A stretch of 64,000 nucleotides of DNA, taken from the NCBI RefSeq assembly GCF_009914755.1, contig NC_060931.1; one strand, given 5' to 3'. Within the stretch, counting starts at the first letter, position 1. Every line of letters begins with the position of its first letter. The translations under genes were made by a program, and so were the position numbers. The notes beneath the pieces are model-generated. The model searched no databases, was not told where the DNA came from, and was given only the letters and a program-made list of their open reading frames with translations. The DNA comes from the human T2T-CHM13v2.0 reference genome, Homo sapiens. Shown here in pieces: positions 1 to 17,201 of the stretch.

Positions 1-87
1 CTGGTCTCAAACTCCTGACCTCAGGTGATCCACCCGCCTCGGCCTCCCAAAGTGCTGGGATTACAGGTGTAAGCCACCTCCCCCAGC
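1..87 (-). mobile_element. Alu (AluS-like), 5' part of left monomer, cut by window edge
   Basis: ctcctgacctcaggtgatccacccgcctcggcctcccaaagtgctgggattacagg is the reverse complement of the Alu 5' end. Confidence 0.95.
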
Positions 88-194
88 TTCTTCTTACAAT
101 TTCTACATCTAAAATCTATTCTCAGCCACCAATTCTTTCCTGAAAAACCTTAAGAAGAAAAGTAAAATCACCTCTGAAATGAAAATCAGCAAAG

Positions 195-397
195 CATAGT
201 CTCTAAAAGCACTTAGTCTGCAGCCAGGTGCCTAGATTCAAATACAGACATTTCCACTCACCATGTGTTAGGTATCTCGCATTCACATTCTGCTTAACTT
301 CTTTGTGCCTGTGCCTCTGTGACTTTGTTTCTTCAATTACAATATGAGAATACTAATAGTGCACACCTGATTGGGATTTTTTGGGTATTAAATGTGC

Positions 398-454
<57 letters not shown>

Positions 455-540
455 TGTGTGTATATATGTGTGTATATATATGTGTGTGTATATATATATA
501 CTTAGTACAGTATAGTATGTAATACATGATTTTGAGCTGA
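195..540 (+). mobile_element. MIR SINE relic interrupted by a microsatellite
   Basis: tgcctagattcaaatac...cttaacttctttgtgcct...gtttcttcaattacaatatgagaatactaatagt resembles the MIR core. Confidence 0.6.
397..501. repeat. Compound (TA)n/(TG)n microsatellite
   Basis: Directly visible; source of the spurious YIYI/VCVC ORFs at 319-583. Confidence 0.97.
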
Positions 541-619
541 ATAAAGTAACATTCTTTAAATGCTGCCACTTCAAAAATAACATTCTTGTTTCACAAAAGA
601 TTTATAAAGCAAGTTAAAT

Positions 620-1960
620 GAATTAATCAGAATAAAAATATAAAATATCAATACTTATAAAAATATAATGTTCAAGACAGTGTGCACTAGAACAAAGCAT
701 AAAGACAAATTCAAATATAGTCTAGAAATAGACTGGCATATTTAGAGAAATGCCTGATTCATAAAAAACAATTCAAAAAATTCTTTAATTTTCTAGACTT
801 ACTTTAGGGAGACTGAGCAATACAGAAGGAAAGCCATGACAAGAAACCTTTGTTCCTTCCTTACAACAGCAATGAAAATAAGTGGCCTTTTAAAGAAATA
901 ATGCTGAATCAGTTAGATATTTATATCAAAAGAGAATCTTCATTACTAACTGCAACACACACAAAAATCAATTTCAGATGTATTGTATACCTAAATACAA
1001 GAGGTACAACATGACCTCTTTTGGAAGATAACGTTGGGAAATATATTAGTGCCTGTAAAGGAGATAAATATTTGTTAACCTAGTTGCAAATACACTAACC
1101 ATAAAGAAAAATAATGATATTTATTAAAATAAAGAAATTATGTTCATTATTAAAAGCATAAAAATAAAAAGCAAGCTGCAGAGTGAAGTAGGAGTGAATA
1201 TAAGCATACATATAAAATTGACAAAGAGCTCATATCCATAATATGTAAAGAATTCAATTAAACCAGTAAAAAAAGAAGACCAATAAAAATGGATGAAATA
1301 CTTGAACATGCATTTAGAAAAAGAAGATAGCCAAATTGACAATAAAAACATGAAAAAGGTGCTCCCCATCATTAGACATTAGAGAAATTAAATTATAATG
1401 TAATGTGAAATCTCTATACATCCCCCAGAGTGAATAAAATGAAACAGGAAATGCTAAACGTTTGGTGGATATGGTAATATCTATTATAGCTGCATATACT
1501 GCTTTCTGTGATTCAGTAATTCCTCTCTCAGCATATATTTGTACACTGAAAAACATGTAAAAGAATGCTCACGATAGCCTTATTTGCATTAATCTAACAC
1601 TGGAAACAGGAATATGTATTAAGGGAATAGATAAATAAAAGGTGTGCTTCTTACAATGAACTAGCAATGAAAATGACATAAATACTTAAACTGAGGTTAA
1701 TGTCTCAATCATAATACTGAAGGAAAGTATCTAAATGAAAAAATAAATGTGTATATGATTTCGTTTATATATCATACCAACACAAAAAAAGACTCGAGAA
1801 AAATAATGCTTTTTGACATCAAAGGAAATTTGGGAGTGTTGGTAACATACTATTTCTTCATGAGGGAGTTAGACACATATCTTTCTGGTGAAATATTATT
1901 AAGCTCTACACTTAGCAATTTCCACACCTAGAACAAAATGGATATAAAAAATAAAATAAA
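620..1960 (+). mobile_element. Ancient L1M (L1ME-like) ORF2 3' end and 3'UTR
   Basis: Degenerate L1 motifs (caagacagtgtg; acacacaaaaatcaatttcagatg; aaacatgaaaaaggtgctccccatcattagacattagagaaattaaattata); A-rich end at ~1945-1960. Confidence 0.7.
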
Positions 1961-4900
1961 AGCTAGAAACTGGCAAATATGCAATTGAAGACAATATGAG
2001 TAAAAAATTTCTGAATGTCCAGCTGGGAAAGTAAGCAAATAAATGAAATTGTATCAGCTAGGGAGGAATGTGTAATTAGAGAAACGTTTAATTTTTTAAA
2101 CTATTTTACAGGGAATATATTAGAAAATATTTGTATGTAAATTAAATCATTCAATAAACTGGAAAGCTAATTATAGAATATTGGATGCAAATCTTAGAAA
2201 TTCAAGAGAGTATAGTATCCAGATATTGGCTATTGAAAGAAGAATGAGCATTTTCCTAATGCAATTCACAATTCCCTAATGCAATTAATGTAGTACTTTC
2301 TTGGTAAAGTTGAAATTTATTCTTCCTAAGTAATCTCCACTACACAACAGATCTACTACTATCCACTACTATCCATACCTAGAAAATAACATTTCATAAT
2401 TTTTTATTTGTTAACATTAACTGGATCAAGGTACTTTGACATAGCTGTGCAATAATTTGGAAAACATCATTTCAGAGATTTGGACCTTAGTCTTCTGTAC
2501 TCTCTGCTAAGGATCTTCTAGAAAATGTCCCCATGTTTTAATGCCTCCGCATTTCATAACATCACAACATTCTCACACCATAAAATAGCTCATGAGCAGT
2601 CAGTGTGTGTCATTATCTGTTGAAATGTGCCCCACCAACCTGTTTGAATTCCAAAATGAGCAGCATAAACAAAGGATATGAAGTGTGTGGACTGCCAGGA
2701 ATGCAGAGCCTGTGGCTCAGCTGAGGACTCACTTATACAGAGCCTGACATTCAGAAGACCAATGCCAGTGCTTGAGGAAAAATGGCAAAGTTAGGGAACT
2801 CTCAATCCCTATTTTCACAGGTGATGAATGAGCACTGCCCTCCCCCCAACTCCAAGTAGTGAGGTTCCAGGCTCAATTGGTGGCAGAAGTGCGAGCTGAA
2901 ACATTTCTTGATGTCCACACATGGCATACACCTTTCATATCCCACGTCTTCTTTGTTTTCCTTTTCTTTGCCCTCTCTTTTCTCTGTTGTTCACACCTTC
3001 AGTTTCAATCTCTGGGTAGTGTGTAGTATTTTCTGTCTTCTTTGTCCTGCAAATCAATAAGGGTGATAGTCACAAATAGAATATGTGTGAACATTCACAT
3101 CAAAAGTGATGCTGTGATTTGAGGAATTCTCTCTTAAATGAATTAGGATGTTTTGGGATGGGGTGGTCGTGGGGAAGAAAACAAACCAAAACAAACACAG
3201 AACCCTGCCTAAAGTATTGATCTCAGATTGATGCTGATTTGAAAAAAGAAGTTCTGTAATTTGGGGTTGAAGCAGAGTTAGGTCAAAAAACATGAATTGG
3301 CTTGTAGAGTAAGTGCAGCCAGGAAACATACACTTCAAGAATTACTTCCTTGAAGTAATGTACACTTCAATGATTACTCATAAATTAAGCAATAAAGAAT
3401 GAAATTTAACCCCCCACACACAGGGTTTTGTGTCACTCTGAGTCACAGTTGATATAAAATCATTTTTTGTTACCATTCTAAATTCAGAAATATACAAGTA
3501 ATGTGACTGACTTATTTTAGATGTATGGATTCCTGAAGAGCTGACGTTGTAGAATATATGAGCTGCAATCAGTTATTTTATAATTGCACTAAATCATCAG
3601 GAATTTTCTGATTCCATGATGCTCAGAGCTGTGTGGCAAGGAAGACAAGGCTTAGCTTTCTTATGGATTTATTTTACTTCACCTTGATTCCAATAAAAGC
3701 AATTTTTGATGTATGAGAGAGCAAGAAGTACATATTATTTTACTTTTTATTTAAAATATTAATCATCATTATAAAAATATTCTCCTAGCTTCATCATTTC
3801 ATATTTCAATTACTTATTAATTCATATTTAAAATGTGTAAGCTCTTCTGTGAAAGTTCTAGGAAAACATAAACAGCTTGTCCTTTAAAATCTTTTATATA
3901 ATTTTAAATAACTATTTGAAAAGTATATAATGCATTTTTGACTTTAGGGATTAAAAATATATTACTCTATTGGAAGTGGGGTAAGTTAAATATGCTGCTT
4001 AATGTTGATTATTAAGCAAATTAAAATATATTCAGACTTCAAAAGTGTTTGTTTGGACATAAAAATATTTTCTAGGCTCTAAAATTATATTTTGAAGTTT
4101 CAACTATTCTCATCAAAAATTTATAATTTTGTATGCAATTCTTGGGGGAAAGTGTTTAAATAGTTTTCTTTTTTAAGTATAATCTATATATACAGACATG
4201 TAAGTACATAAGTATAGAAGTATATATAATATACACACATTAGTAATATACTTATATATTAATATATACATGTTGTATATACATATTACTATATATAAAA
4301 CACATACAAAGTATTATTTTCCATCTGATGGTTACATATAGTTATATTTGTAAGGACTTTAAGACGTAGAAGTAGGCAAATTATTATCACATTGAAAATA
4401 TATAGCACCAATTTAAATTTCAGAATAAATACGTATTTTTTCAAATGCAAAGTAGTGGGTGAGCCAGATGAAAAGTGAAAAATAACTGTAGAATGCAAAT
4501 TTAAATTTGAAGAAGCATGAAGGATTTCTGATGGTTAACTTTTTAAATAATTTCTGGGAATTTTAAAATTTATTTAATAAAATCTCAATATTTTTACTTA
4601 AGTTTGGTTGGGTTTTTGCGTGCATTTATATTAATATTTCTCACATATGTGTATTTTCTCCTTTACTTCTCATGCGACTTATTTTCCTTAACTCAGTAGG
4701 CTAACAATGCCAGTAGTGAGTCAATGCTTACTTAAGCTTATTCAGCACATTTCATTCAGAGAAAGAAATGCAGGGTAGGATACAAAGAAAATGTAATTAC
4801 TCAAATGTTTCTTATTGGATAATTTGTTTTGGAGGATTAATCATATACCATCATTTTGAAGCAAATGGGAGGAGTAATTATTTGCTCTGTTTCTGTTCAT

Positions 4901-5064
4901 CTGCTTTGGAAAGCTGGTGAGGATAGAAGGTGAACTTGTCGTTTCAGGGAGTAACCTCTACGGCCCTTTCCTTCTTGTGTGCAGTTTTTAGACACAGAAA
5001 CCGCTGGTCATCTGGCCATTCCTTAGAGAGACTGAGCAATACTGAAGAAAAGCCTTGGCAAGAG

Positions 5065-5180
5065 ATCTCAATTCCTTCCTCGGAAACCCATTATTGTCTG
5101 TCCTTAGGCAAAACCCTCAACACCCCTGCCCTAGTCTCTGCCTGTATGTGCAGAGGTTAGACTAATCCTATAGGTAAATT
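5065..5180 (+). mobile_element. MIR relic
   Basis: tgtctgtccttaggcaaaaccctcaacacccctgccctagtctctgcctgta resembles the MIR core. Confidence 0.45.
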
Positions 5181-6119
5181 TTTACAGAACAGGGTTTCCT
5201 TGGTCCAGAAGAGACACAGAGCAAGTTATTTTCTGTAAGTGTGTCAACAAATGCCCATCACAGCTCAAGAGACAGGAAGATCCACATCTGAGACGTTAAA
5301 TCCATTTTACGGACAGAGGAAAATTCTTCTTGTCTTCAGTCTTCATGTAATCACTTCCCTGGATTTAGTTAATCCTGTCTTGCCCAATTTTACAGTCGAT
5401 TGTAGCCTTCCTCAGATGCCATCAATGTCCCTCAACACCATCAATATCTATTGTTGTTGTTGTTAGTGGTGATGGTGGTGGTTTGGTTTTAATCAGATTT
5501 GCACCCATATCATGCCCTGCTGTTAGATCAAAGCACTGATGTGATAAGTCTGCTTATGAAATTGAGTATAGACTAAAACTGATGCATTGATTATATGTGG
5601 AAGTAAAGAATGGGAACTTTAAAATAAGGCTTTACATTATTGTCTCCTGAAATGTTTAAAATTAGGTGTGTATTTCATAGCACAAATCAAGTTATTGCAA
5701 AGATATCCTTCAGGGTCTACATAAGAAATTCCTAGTGTTCTATTCACATAAAAGACTTAGTTTCTTAGAAATTATTTATGTGTTACATTTTGTATGCTAA
5801 GTGCTTTGAACCTCTTTCTGGTTCCCTCACATCACAGAGCATGCTACATTAACTTGTCAATGAAAGGAAATTCCCCAATTTATATTCTTGTTAGTCCCCA
5901 GGAAGAAGAGGAAAAAGCAGGCAGAAAGGGAAAAGTTTAAGTTTACTTGACTGTATCATCCTAATTTGTTTTAAGATAGCAACAAAAAAACAGTTTCTGA
6001 ATCTCATTCAACTTAAACCCATTTCTTGCATGAACATTTGACATACTTTTTAGGGTACTTCTTGGCATGTATTATATACTTCCCGGGGTTTAAATAATAT
6101 TCAACAAGGTATAATGGTC

Positions 6120-6245
6120 CTCTTTAAAAGTAAAAGAATCTAAGAGTCTGGGAGGGCAAGTAAAGTTTACACGTTAAAAGTAGTGAAGTCAAGACTGAAA
6201 CCTGAGTCTTCTGATCTCACATGCGTGTTATCCTATAATGCACGA
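6120..6245 (-). mobile_element. MIR relic
   Basis: aagtagtgaagtcaagactgaaacctgagtcttctgatctc resembles antisense MIR. Confidence 0.5.
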
Positions 6246-7029
6246 CATCTGGATCAAAAAATGACAAAGGGAACATAGTCCACACCTAGTGTCAGCAGTG
6301 AAAAAATTTGCTTACACTCAAATCTATAAGAACCTGACATTTTGGGAAAGATAGTCAAGTGAAATAAAAGAGTTGAGAATTCAGGGTGCATGTGCATGTG
6401 AACATGCTAATGAGAAACTTGCTCATTGCAGCCCTCCAAAACAAATAATTAATTATTCATCTTATTTAGAACTTGAGATGAAAATAAGTTCAATATTTCT
6501 GTTTCCTTTTCTTTTGGTCATTATTAGTTATTGGGCAAGGTAACCACATAACTGCACTATTGAATTTGGGGAATTGATTTGGGAAGCAAGCCTACATGAA
6601 TGCAATAGATAAATAGATAAATTAAGCTGAAAGTAACCTACATTAGAGTTTTCCAGAACTGGTGATAAAAATTACTAACAAATATTAGTGAGACTATATT
6701 ATATGCAGCTGTTAACTTCAGAAAAGTAGGTGCTCCTATCATACCCTGAAGAGTGGGAACCATGGTTCTTAGTTTTTACTACCTGTTCTCCAGACACAAG
6801 GGCTTGTCTAACAATGGTAAGTATGATGTATCAACCCTCTGTCTTGTACAGGATATATCACTAGGAGAGGGGTCATTTAAAAACCATTACCGTATCCTCG
6901 ATGTGCTAGCCTCATTCAGAGGCAGGCAACCCTTGGCTGTGCATGATTTGAGAAAATGCTTTCCATTTTAGAGTGGCTCTCCTCAGATGTTATTCTGCCA
7001 TAAATGCCACTCATAGCTACTTCCTAAAT

Positions 7030-7535
7030 TAACAGACTTTTCTTCTGAGAAGTTTTGAGTTTCAGAAAATTTGAATAGAAAATTAAGTCCTCCTTTACTC
7101 CCACACTGCCCCCTCATTCCCTTTATTCTTATCATCTTGCTTTGGTGTGGTGCATTTGTTAAAACTGATGAGACAATATTGATACACCGTTATTAACTAA
7201 AACTATAGTTAACATCAAAGTTCACTCTGTGTTGCACAGTCCTGCGGGTTTCGAAAATTTTAATGACATACATCTAACACTGTAGCATCATAAAGAATAC
7301 TTTCACTACCCTATTTCATCCACCTTTTGTGCTCCACCTTTCATCCCTTTCATCTCACTCTCTCCTGGAAGTCCCTGGCAGCCACTGATCTTACTATCGC
7401 CACAGTTTTGGCTTTTCCAGAAAGTCATACAGTTGGAGTCATACAGTAGCCTTCTCAGATTGGCTTCTTTCACTTTGTAATATATATTTAAATTTCCTGT
7501 ATTATTCTTGTGGTTTCCTGGCTCACTTTTATCTC
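7030..7535 (-). mobile_element. L1MC-type 3'UTR fragment
   Basis: ggtgcatttgttaaaactgatgagacaatattgatacac...ccctggcagccactgatc...gcttttccagaaagtcatacagttggagtcatacagtag matches the L1MC 3' end. Confidence 0.8.
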
Positions 7536-7574
7536 TTTTTTTCTTTTAAACAATAAAGGATTTTATTATTTCTC

Positions 7575-7765
7575 ATAAAAGGAAGTCCGGCTCCATGATG
7601 TCACCAAGGAATTGAGTTGTTTCCATCTGTCTCTGTCATCCTCTGTGAGATGGCATTGTCCTGGGCTGGTTCCACTCACTGCTGAGCAATGATTGCAGCA
7701 GTTCCAAGTATCATGTTTCCATATGATCTTATATAGGAAAATAAGTGGGACCATGTCTTTCCTGC
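7575..7765. mobile_element. Old MLT1 (MaLR LTR) fragment
   Basis: ggaagtccggctccatgatgtcaccaagga...gcaatgattgcagcagttccaagtatcatg resembles MLT1J/K/L. Confidence 0.5.
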
Positions 7766-7774
7766 TTTTTTAAA

Positions 7775-8170
7775 AAATATTTTTTCTTTTTATTGTAAAT
7801 ATGTGTAATATAAAATTTACCATTTTTACCAGAACATAAAATTTTAATCATTTTAAGTGTACAATTTAATGGCCTTAAGTTTATTCATGTTGCTGTGCAA
7901 CTATCACCACTACTAGTTTCTAGAATTATTTTTATTATCCCAACCTGAAATTCTCTAGTCATTAAACAATAAATCCTCCTTCACTCTAACCCCACAGTAA
8001 CCTTTATTCTACTTTTGTCTTTATGAATTTGTCTACTCTAGGAAGATCATAGAAGTGGAATAATGTAATATTTGTCATTTTGTGTCTAGTTTATTTCTCA
8101 TAACATAATGTTTTCAGAGTTCATCCATGTTGTAGTATGCATCAGAATTTCATGCTACGTGAATTTCATG
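7775..8170 (-). mobile_element. L1MB-like 3' end (left part of host element split by L1PB)
   Basis: aaaatttaccattttt...ttttaagtgtacaattt...gtgcaactatcaccact...gagttcatccatgttgtagtatgcatcagaatttc. Confidence 0.8.
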
Positions 8171-8384
8171 GTTTTTAAAAAATTTCAATATTTTTTGGAG
8201 AGCAAGTGGTTTTCGTTACATGGATATGTTCTTTAGTGGTTATTGAAATTTTGGTGCACTTGTCACCTGAGCAGTGTACACTGCACCCAATGTGTAGTCT
8301 TTTATCCCTCACCCTCCTCTCATCCTTTCCCCTTAGTCCCCAAAGTCCATTATATCATTCTAATGCCTTTGTATCCTCATAGCT

Positions 8385-11300
8385 TAGCTTCCACTTATAT
8401 GTGGGAACATATGATAGTTGGTTTTCCATTCCTGAGTTACTTCACTTAGAATATTGGTCTCCAGCTCCATCCAAGTTGCTGCAAATGCCATTATTTTATT
8501 ATTTTTATGGCTGAATATATACACTGCATTTTCTTTATCTTCTCATTGATTGATGGGCATTTAGGTTGGTTCCATATTTTTGTTGTTGTGAATTGTTCTG
8601 CTATGAAAATGTGTGTGCAGGTGTCTTTTTCATATAATGACTTCTTTTCCTCAAGTAGATGCCCAGTAGTGGAATTCCTGGATCAAATAGTAGATCTACT
8701 TTTAATGCTTTAAGGAATCTCCATACTGTTTTCCATAGTAGTTGTACTAGTTAGCATTTCTACCAGCAGTGTAAAAGTGTTTCCTTTTCCCCATATCCAG
8801 GCCAACATCTATTATTTTTTGATTTTTTTAAATTATGGCCGTTCTTGCAGGAGTAAGGTAGTATCTCATTGCTGTTTTAATTTTCATTTCCCTGATGATT
8901 AGTAATGTGGGGCTTTTTTATATGCTTTGTGGCCATTTGTCTGTCTTCTTTTGAGAATTGTCTATTCAATTCCCACTTTTCCCACTTTTTGATGGGATTA
9001 TTTGGGGTATTTTCTTGTTTATTTGTTTGAGCTCCTTGTAGGTTCTGGATATTAGTCTTTTGTCAGATACATAGTTTTCAAATGTATTCTCCCACACAGA
9101 GTCTGTGGGTTGTCTGCTTACTCTGCTGATCATTTATGTTGCTGTGCAGAAGATTATTGGTTTAATTAGGTTCCATATATTTATTTATGTTTTTGTTGTT
9201 GTTATTGTTTTGCATTTGTTTCTGGCTTTTTGGTTATGAACTCTTTGCCTGAGCTAATATCTAGAAGAGTTTTTCTGATGTTATCTTCTAGAATTTTTAT
9301 GGTTTCAGGGCTTAGATTTAAGTATTTTACCCATCTTGAGTTGATTTTTGTATAAGGTGAGAGATGAGGATCAGTTTCATTCTACTACATGTGGCTTGTC
9401 AATTATTCCAGCACCAATTGTTGAATAGGGTGTCCTTCCCCACTTTATGTTTTTGTTTGTTTTGTCAAAGATCAGTTGATTCTAAGTATTTGACTTTATT
9501 TCTGGGTTCTCTATTTTGTTTATTTTGTCCACCTGCTATTTTTATACCAGTACTATGCTGTTTTGTTAACTATAGCCTTGTAGTATAGTTTGAAGTCATG
9601 TAATGTGATGATTCCAGATTTGTTCTTTCTGCTTAGCATTGCTTTGGCTATGCGGGCTCTTTTTTTGGTTGCATGTGAATCTTAAGATTGTTTTTTCTAG
9701 TTCTGTGAAAAATCATAATGTTATTTTGATGAGAATTGCTGTGAATCTGTAGATAGATTTGGGCAGTATTGTTATTTTAACATTATTGATTATACCCATC
9801 CATGAGCATGCAGTGTGTTTCCATTTGTTTATGTCATTGAAGATTTATTTTAGCAGTGTTTTACAGTTCTCCTTGTAGAGATCTTTCACCCATTTGGTTA
9901 GATAAATTTCAAAGTTTTGTTTTGTTTCTGCAACTGTTGTAAAAGGGATTGTGTTCTTGATTTGATTTTCAGCTTGGTCACTGTTGTTGTATAGTAGTGC
10001 TAGTGATTTCTTTACGTTGACTTTGTATCCTAAAACTTTACTGAATTAATTTATCAGATCTAGGAGCTTTTTGAATTAGTCTTTAGAGTCTTCTAGGTAT
10101 ACAATCATATAATCGTTGCACAGTCACAGCTTGACTTCCTCGTCAATGATTTGGATGCCCTTTGGATGCCCTTGATTTCTTGCTCTTATCTGATTGCTCT
10201 GGCTAAGACTTCCAGTAGTATGTTCAATAGAAGTGGGGAAAATGCACATCCTTGTTTTGGTTCCAGTTCTCAAGGGGAATGCTTTCAACTTTTCCACATT
10301 CATTATAATGTTGGCTGTGGGTTTGTCATAGATGGCTTTTATTACCTTAAGGTATGTCCCTTCTATGCCAATTTTGATGAGAGTTTTAATAATAAATGGA
10401 TGCCAAATTTTGTCAAATGCTTTTTCTGCATCTATTGAAATGATCATATAATTTTTCTTTTAATTCTGTTTATGTATCACATCTATTGACTTGTGTATGT
10501 TAAATCATCCCTGCATCCCTGCTATGAAATCCAGTTGATCATGGCGTATTATCTTTTTGATATGCTTTTGGATTTTGTTAGCTAGTATTTTGTTGAGGAG
10601 TTTTGCATCTGTATTCATCAGGTATATTAGTATGTAATTTTCTTTTTTTGTTATGTCTTTTTCTGCTTTTGGTATTAAGGTGATACTGCCTTCATAGAAT
10701 GATTTAGGGAGGATTCCCTCCTTATCTTTTGGAATAGTTTAAGTAAGATTGGTAACAATTCTTCTTTGAATGTCGTACAGAATTCAGCTGTGAATCCTTC
10801 TGGCCCTGGACATTACTTTGTTGGCAGTTTTTTAACAATTATAGTTTCAGTGTCATTACTTGTTTTTCATTTGTTCAGAGTTTCTATTTCTTCCTGATTT
10901 AATCCAGGAGGGTTGTATATTTCCAGAAATTTATTCATTTCCTGTAGATTTTCTAGTTTGTTGATGTAAAGGTGTTCCTAGTACCCTTGAATGTTTTTTT
11001 TTTGTATTTCTATTATCAGTTGTAATATATCTTATTTCATTTCTAATTAAGCTTATTTGCTTCTTCACTCTTCTTGGTAAATCTTGCTAAAGGTCTATCA
11101 ATTTTATCTTTTCAAAGAACCAGCTTTTTGTTTCATTTGCCTTTGTTGTTGTTGTTATTTGTTTGTTTGTTTCCATTTCATTTAGTTTTGCTCTGATGTT
11201 TGTTACTTCTTTCCCTCTGCTGGATTTGGTTTTGATTTGTTCTTGTTTCTCTAGTTCCTTGAGGTGTGACCTTAGAATGTCAATTTGTGATTTTTCAGAT

Positions 11301-12230
11301 GTTTTGATGTTAGGCATTTATTGCTATCAACTTTCCTCTTAACACTTCCTTCATTGTATCCCAGAGGTTTTGATAAGTTATGTCACTATTATTGTTCAGT
11401 TCAAAGAATTTTTACATTTCCATCTTGATTTTATTGTTGATCCAATGATCTTTCAGGAACAGGTTATTTAATTTCTATATATTTTCATGGTGTTGAAGGT
11501 TCCTTTTGGAGTTGATTTCCAATTTCATTTCACTGTGGTCTGAGAGAGTACTTGATATAATTTTAATTTTCTTAAATTTATTGAGACTTGTTTTGTGAGC
11601 TGTCATATGGTCTATCTTGAAGAATATTCCATGTGCTGATGAAAATAATGTATATTCTGCAGTTGTTGGGTAGAATGTTCTGTAAATATCTGTTAAGCCC
11701 CTTTATTGTAGGATATAGTTTAATTCCATTGTTTCTTTGTTGTCTTTCTCTCTTGATGACCTGTCTAGTGCTGCCATTGGAGTACTGAAGTCCCCCACTA
11801 TTACTGTGTTGCTGTCTATTTCAATTTGTAGGTCTAGTAGTAATTGTTTTATGAATTTTGGAGCTCCAGTATTAGGTTCAAATATACTTAGGTTTGTGAT
11901 AATTTCCTGTGGAACTAATCTTTTTATCATTATATAGTAATCCTCTTTGTCTTTTTTAAAAAACTATTATTGCTTTGAAATCTGTTTCGTCTGATATAAG
12001 AATAGCTACTCCTGCTCGGTTTTGGTTTACATTTGTGTGGAGGTTTTTTTCCACCCCTTTACCTTAAGTTTATGTGAGTCTTTAAGTGTTAGGTGAGTTT
12101 TGTGAGGAAGGCAATTACTTGGTTGGTGAATCAATATCCATTCTGTCATTTTGTATCTTTTGAATGGAGCACTTAGGCCATTTACATTTAATGCTAGTAT
12201 TGAGATATGAAGTACTGTTCTATTCATCAT
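8385..12230 (-). pseudogene. Disrupted L1 ORF2 (endonuclease/reverse transcriptase) of the L1PB copy
   Basis: Collinear ORF pieces 12027-12230 (ISILALNVNGL), 11703-11930, 11087-11317 and 10124-10447, separated by stops and frameshifts. Confidence 0.9.
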
Positions 12231-13313
12231 GTTAGTTGTGAAATACCTTGAATTTTTTGTATTACATTGTTGTTTAATAAACCCTTTGAGATTTATGCTT
12301 TAAGGAGGTTCTATTTTGGTGTATTTTGAAGTTCTGCCTCATGATTTAGAACTCCTTTTAGCATTCTTGTAGTGCTGGCTGGCTTGGTAGTGGCAAATTT
12401 TCTTGGCGTTTTTTGTGTGAATAAGACTGTATCTTTCCTTCATTTAAGAAGCTTAGTTTCACTGCATAAAATTCTTGGCTGAGAGTTATTTTGATTTAGG
12501 GCACTAAAGATAGGATTCCAATCCATTCTGGCTGGTAAGGTTTCTGCTGAAGAATCTGCTGTTAATTTGATAGGTTCTCTTTTATAGGTTAGTGGATGCT
12601 TTTGTCTCACTGCTCCTAGGAGTCCTTCTTTCATCTTGACTTTAGATAACCTGATTACTATGTGCCTAAGTGAAGATCTTTTTGCAATGAATTTTCCAGT
12701 TGTTCATTGAGCTTCTTGTTATTTGGATGTCTAGATCTCTAGTAAGACCAGGGAAGTTTTCCTCAATTATTTCCTCAAATAGGTTTTCCAAACTTTTAAG
12801 TTTCTCTTCTTCTTCAGGAACACCATATTCCTAGATTTGGCTGCTTAACATAACCCCAAATTTCCTGAAGGCTTTGTTCAATATTTTGGTTCTCTTTCTT
12901 TGTCTTTGTCTAATTGGGTTAATTCAAAAGCCTTGTCTTCAAGATCCAAAATTCTTTCTACTTGTTCTAGTCTATTATTGAAAATTTCCACCGCATTTTT
13001 TTATTTCTCTGAGTATGCCTTTCATTTCCAGAAGTCGTGATTGTTTTTTCTCTATGACAGCTGTCTCGCTGGAGAATTTTTCATCCATAGCATGTATTGT
13101 TTTTTAATTTCTTTCAGTTAGTTTTCACTTTTCTCTGGTATCTCCTTGAGCATCTTAACAATCAACCTGCTAAATTCTTTATCTGGCAATTCAGAGATTT
13201 CTTCTTATTTCTTCTTGGTTGGGATCCATTGCTGGGGAGCTAGTGTGATTGCTCTAGCAATTTAGTTTTGGGGGTGTTATAAAGTTTTATTTTTTCATAT
13301 TACCAGATTTACT

Positions 13314-13317
<4 letters not shown>

Positions 13318-13357
<40 letters not shown>
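13318..13357. repeat. (TG)n microsatellite inside L1PB
   Basis: Pure TG run of about 20 units. Confidence 0.97.
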
Positions 13358-13360
<3 letters not shown>

Positions 13361-13409
13361 CATTTGGGTAGACTAGAACAAGTGGAAGAAAGAACTTCAG
13401 ATCTCAAAA

Positions 13410-17065
<3,656 letters not shown>

Positions 17066-17201
17066 TGGTGGGCCAGAGCTTCTGTTGTTTTATAATAAAA
17101 CTAAGCAACTTCAGTCTCTGAAGTAATCAACCCAGTAACCAGAAATGAAGCAGAGCATTTCTTCTTAATTCATATTTTGTAGCCCCAGCTCTTCACTAAT
17201 A

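Larger units (their letters stand above)
8172..13400 (-). mobile_element. L1PB (L1PB1-like) LINE-1, ~5.2 kb: 3'UTR, ORF2, most of ORF1; 5' end missing
   Basis: L1PB-type 3'UTR (gttacatggatatgttctttagtggt...ccccaaagtccattatatcattc); ORF fragments [12 protein letters not shown] (RT), IVGDFSTP (endonuclease), PIKLTADSSAETL (ORF1). Confidence 0.92.

Noticed and set aside
319-583. ORFs rich in YI/VC/HT repeats
   Set aside because: Translation of a dinucleotide microsatellite
10150-10171. 11-bp tandem duplication tttggatgccc (similar ones at ~2356-2375 and 25970-25997)
   Set aside because: Ordinary slippage duplications
10124-10447. Reverse-transcriptase-like ORF
   Set aside because: Fragment of a dead L1 ORF2, not an independent RT system
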